Of a DNA stretch of 64,000 nucleotides, positions 62,200 through 64,000 are shown piece by piece. Both the position numbers and the translations under genes were made by a program. This DNA comes from an uncultured Candidatus Binatia bacterium (GTDB taxonomy: Bacteria; Desulfobacterota; Binatia; UBA9968; JAJDTQ01), in contig OZ243916.1 of NCBI GenBank assembly GCA_965213675.1, forward strand, positions 864,001 to 928,000, in the 5' to 3' direction. The notes under the pieces were generated by a model. That model was not told the origin of the DNA. It ran no database searches and worked only from the letters and a program-made list of their open reading frames with translations. Every line of letters starts with the position of its first letter. Position 1 is the stretch's first letter.

Positions 62200-63675
62200 T
62201 CAGGAACGCAGCAACGGAAAGAGGATGACGTCGCGGATCGAGGGTGAATCGGTCAGCAGCATCACCAGGCGGTCGATGCCGATGCCTTCGCCCGCCGCCG
62301 GCGGCATGGCGTACTCCAGGGCGCGCACGTAGTCCTCGTCCACCTCGCAGGCGGTATCGTCGCCGGCCCGGCGCGCCGCGGCCTGTTCCTCGAAGCGGCG
62401 CTGCTGATCGGCCGGGTCGTTGAGCTCGGAGAAGGCGTTGGCCAGCTCCCGGCCGCCGATGAAGAGCTCGAAACGATCCACGAACTCCGGGGCGGTGTCG
62501 TTCCGGCGCGCCAGGGGCGAGACTTCCAGGGGATAACCGGTCACGAACACGGGCTGAATCAGGCGCGGCTCCACCAGATGCTCGAACAGCTCCACCAGGA
62601 GCTTGCCGCGGCCGAGCTTCGGGTCGACCTTGAGGGAATGCCGCCCGGCGATCTTGCGCAGGGCCTCCACGCTGGCCAGTTCCGACTCGGCCACGCCAGC
62701 ATGGCGCGCCACTCCCTCGGTCAAGGACAGGCGCTGCCAGGGCCGCTCCAGATTCACCTCGTGCTCACCCCACGGAATGCGCAGGCTCCCGCGCACGGCC
62801 TGCGCCAGCTCCACGAACAACTCCTCGGTGAGTTCCATCATGTCGCGATAGTCGGCGTAGGCCTGGTAGAACTCCACCATGGTGAACTCGGGGTTGTGGC
62901 GCGTGGACAGGCCCTCGTTGCGGAAGTTGCGGTTCAACTCGAACACCCGATCCAGCCCTCCCACCAGCAGGCGCTTGAGGAACAGTTCCGGCGCCACGCG
63001 CAGGTAGAGGTCCAGATCCAGGGCATTGTGGTGCGTCACGAAGGGTCTGGCCGCGGCGCCCCCCGCCATGGGCTGCATCATGGGCGTCTCGACCTCGAGG
63101 AAGCCGCGCTGTTCCAGGAAACGGCGGATGAGCGAGATGACGCGCGAGCGGTTGCGGAAGACCTCGCGCACCTCCGGGTTCACCATCAGGTCCACGTAAC
63201 GTTGCCGGTAGCGGGTCTCCACGTCCTTCAGGCCGTGCCACTTCTCCGGCAGCGGGCGAATGCACTTGCTCAGCAACCGGACTTCCCGCGCCTCGATGGT
63301 CAACTCGTTGGTGCGGGTGCGGAACAGCCGGCCCGCCACGCCGACGATGTCGCCCACGTCCGCGGCGCGCACGCGCGCGTAGGCCTCGTCTCCGAGCCGG
63401 TCCTTGCGCGCGTACACCTGGAGCCTTCCGGTGCGATCCTCCAGTTCGAAGAACGCCGCCTTGCCGTGGGGGCGGTGCGCGCGGATGCGCCCGGCCAACG
63501 CGAACTCTGCCGTCAACGCTTCCAGTCCGGCCGCATCCAGGGCGCCGTGTCCCTCGCGGATCTCTCCTGCCGTGTGGCCGGGCCGAAAGTCGTTGGGGTA
63601 GACCGGAAGACCCTGCGCGTGGAGCTGCGCCACCTTCTGGCGGCGCGCCGCCATCTGCTCGTTGGCTTCATCCAT
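62200..63675 (-). CDS. lysS: Lysine--tRNA ligase (class II)
   Basis: LPEKWHGL, RYRQRY, GGA.A.PF.TH, FRNEG, HNPEF and GIGIDR motifs. Confidence 0.97.
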   Translation of the reverse strand: MDEANEQMAARRQKVAQLHAQGLPVYPNDFRPGHTAGEIREGHGALDAAGLEALTAEFALAGRIRAHRPHGKAAFFELEDRTGRLQVYARKDRLGDEAYARVRAADVGDIVGVAGRLFRTRTNELTIEAREVRLLSKCIRPLPEKWHGLKDVETRYRQRYVDLMVNPEVREVFRNRSRVISLIRRFLEQRGFLEVETPMMQPMAGGAAARPFVTHHNALDLDLYLRVAPELFLKRLLVGGLDRVFELNRNFRNEGLSTRHNPEFTMVEFYQAYADYRDMMELTEELFVELAQAVRGSLRIPWGEHEVNLERPWQRLSLTEGVARHAGVAESELASVEALRKIAGRHSLKVDPKLGRGKLLVELFEHLVEPRLIQPVFVTGYPLEVSPLARRNDTAPEFVDRFELFIGGRELANAFSELNDPADQQRRFEEQAAARRAGDDTACEVDEDYVRALEYAMPPAAGEGIGIDRLVMLLTDSPSIRDVILFPLLRS

Positions 63676-63713
63676 GTGTCGTCGGTTGGGTGTGCGCGAA
63701 CCCGGACGGGTCA

Positions 63714-64000
63714 CTACAGCATGCCGAGTTGCAGCTTGGCCGCGTCCGACATGCGGCCCGGATCCCAGGGCGGCTCCCAGACGATGTCCACATGCACCTC
63801 CGTGACACCGTCCACCGCCCGGACCTTCTCCTCCACCTCAGCCGGCAGGGACTGGGCCGCGGGGCAATTCGGCGCCGTCAGAGTCATGGTGACGGTCACC
63901 TGCCCGAGGGGATCCACGTCCACCCCGTAGATCAGGCCCATTTCGTGGATGTTGACCGGCACCTCGGGGTCGTAGCAGGTCTGGATCGCCTCGATGGCGC
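63714..64000 (-). CDS. DUF59/SufT Fe-S cluster assembly protein (start outside the window)
   Basis: YDPE.PVNI, GLIY, MTLT.P.CP and W.PPW....MS motifs. Confidence 0.9.
   Translation of the reverse strand, partial: AIEAIQTCYDPEVPVNIHEMGLIYGVDVDPLGQVTVTMTLTAPNCPAAQSLPAEVEEKVRAVDGVTEVHVDIVWEPPWDPGRMSDAAKLQLGML

Overview
GC-rich chromosomal window from a diderm bacterium. The lipid A cluster with lpxI, RRM-domain Rbp genes and many amidohydrolase/LLM/UbiD genes suggest a Deltaproteobacteria-like lineage such as Binatota (inference only). The right quarter is a housekeeping envelope operon (lysS-lolC/E-lolD-bamA-skp-lpxD-fabZ-lpxA-lpxI-gnnA-lpxB-msbA-waaA-lpxK). The remainder is a mosaic of catabolic and transport genes, tRNA-Arg(CCG), tldD/E, recD2, rpiA, infA and two RRM proteins, with several small palindromic repeat families in between. 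No integrase, transposase or CRISPR array was seen. The three best leads are: (1) an apparently non-coding, multi-stem ~370-nt transcript at 20224-20593 (-) with a near-consensus sigma70 promoter and an intrinsic terminator, which matches no RNA family I recognise; (2) a co-oriented cluster of a divergent 3-hydroxyanthranilate-dioxygenase-like cupin, a ferritin-like diiron protein, an amidohydrolase, a small protein and UbiD; (3) a 163-bp TA-flanked ERIC-like MITE family with compensatory changes between copies.
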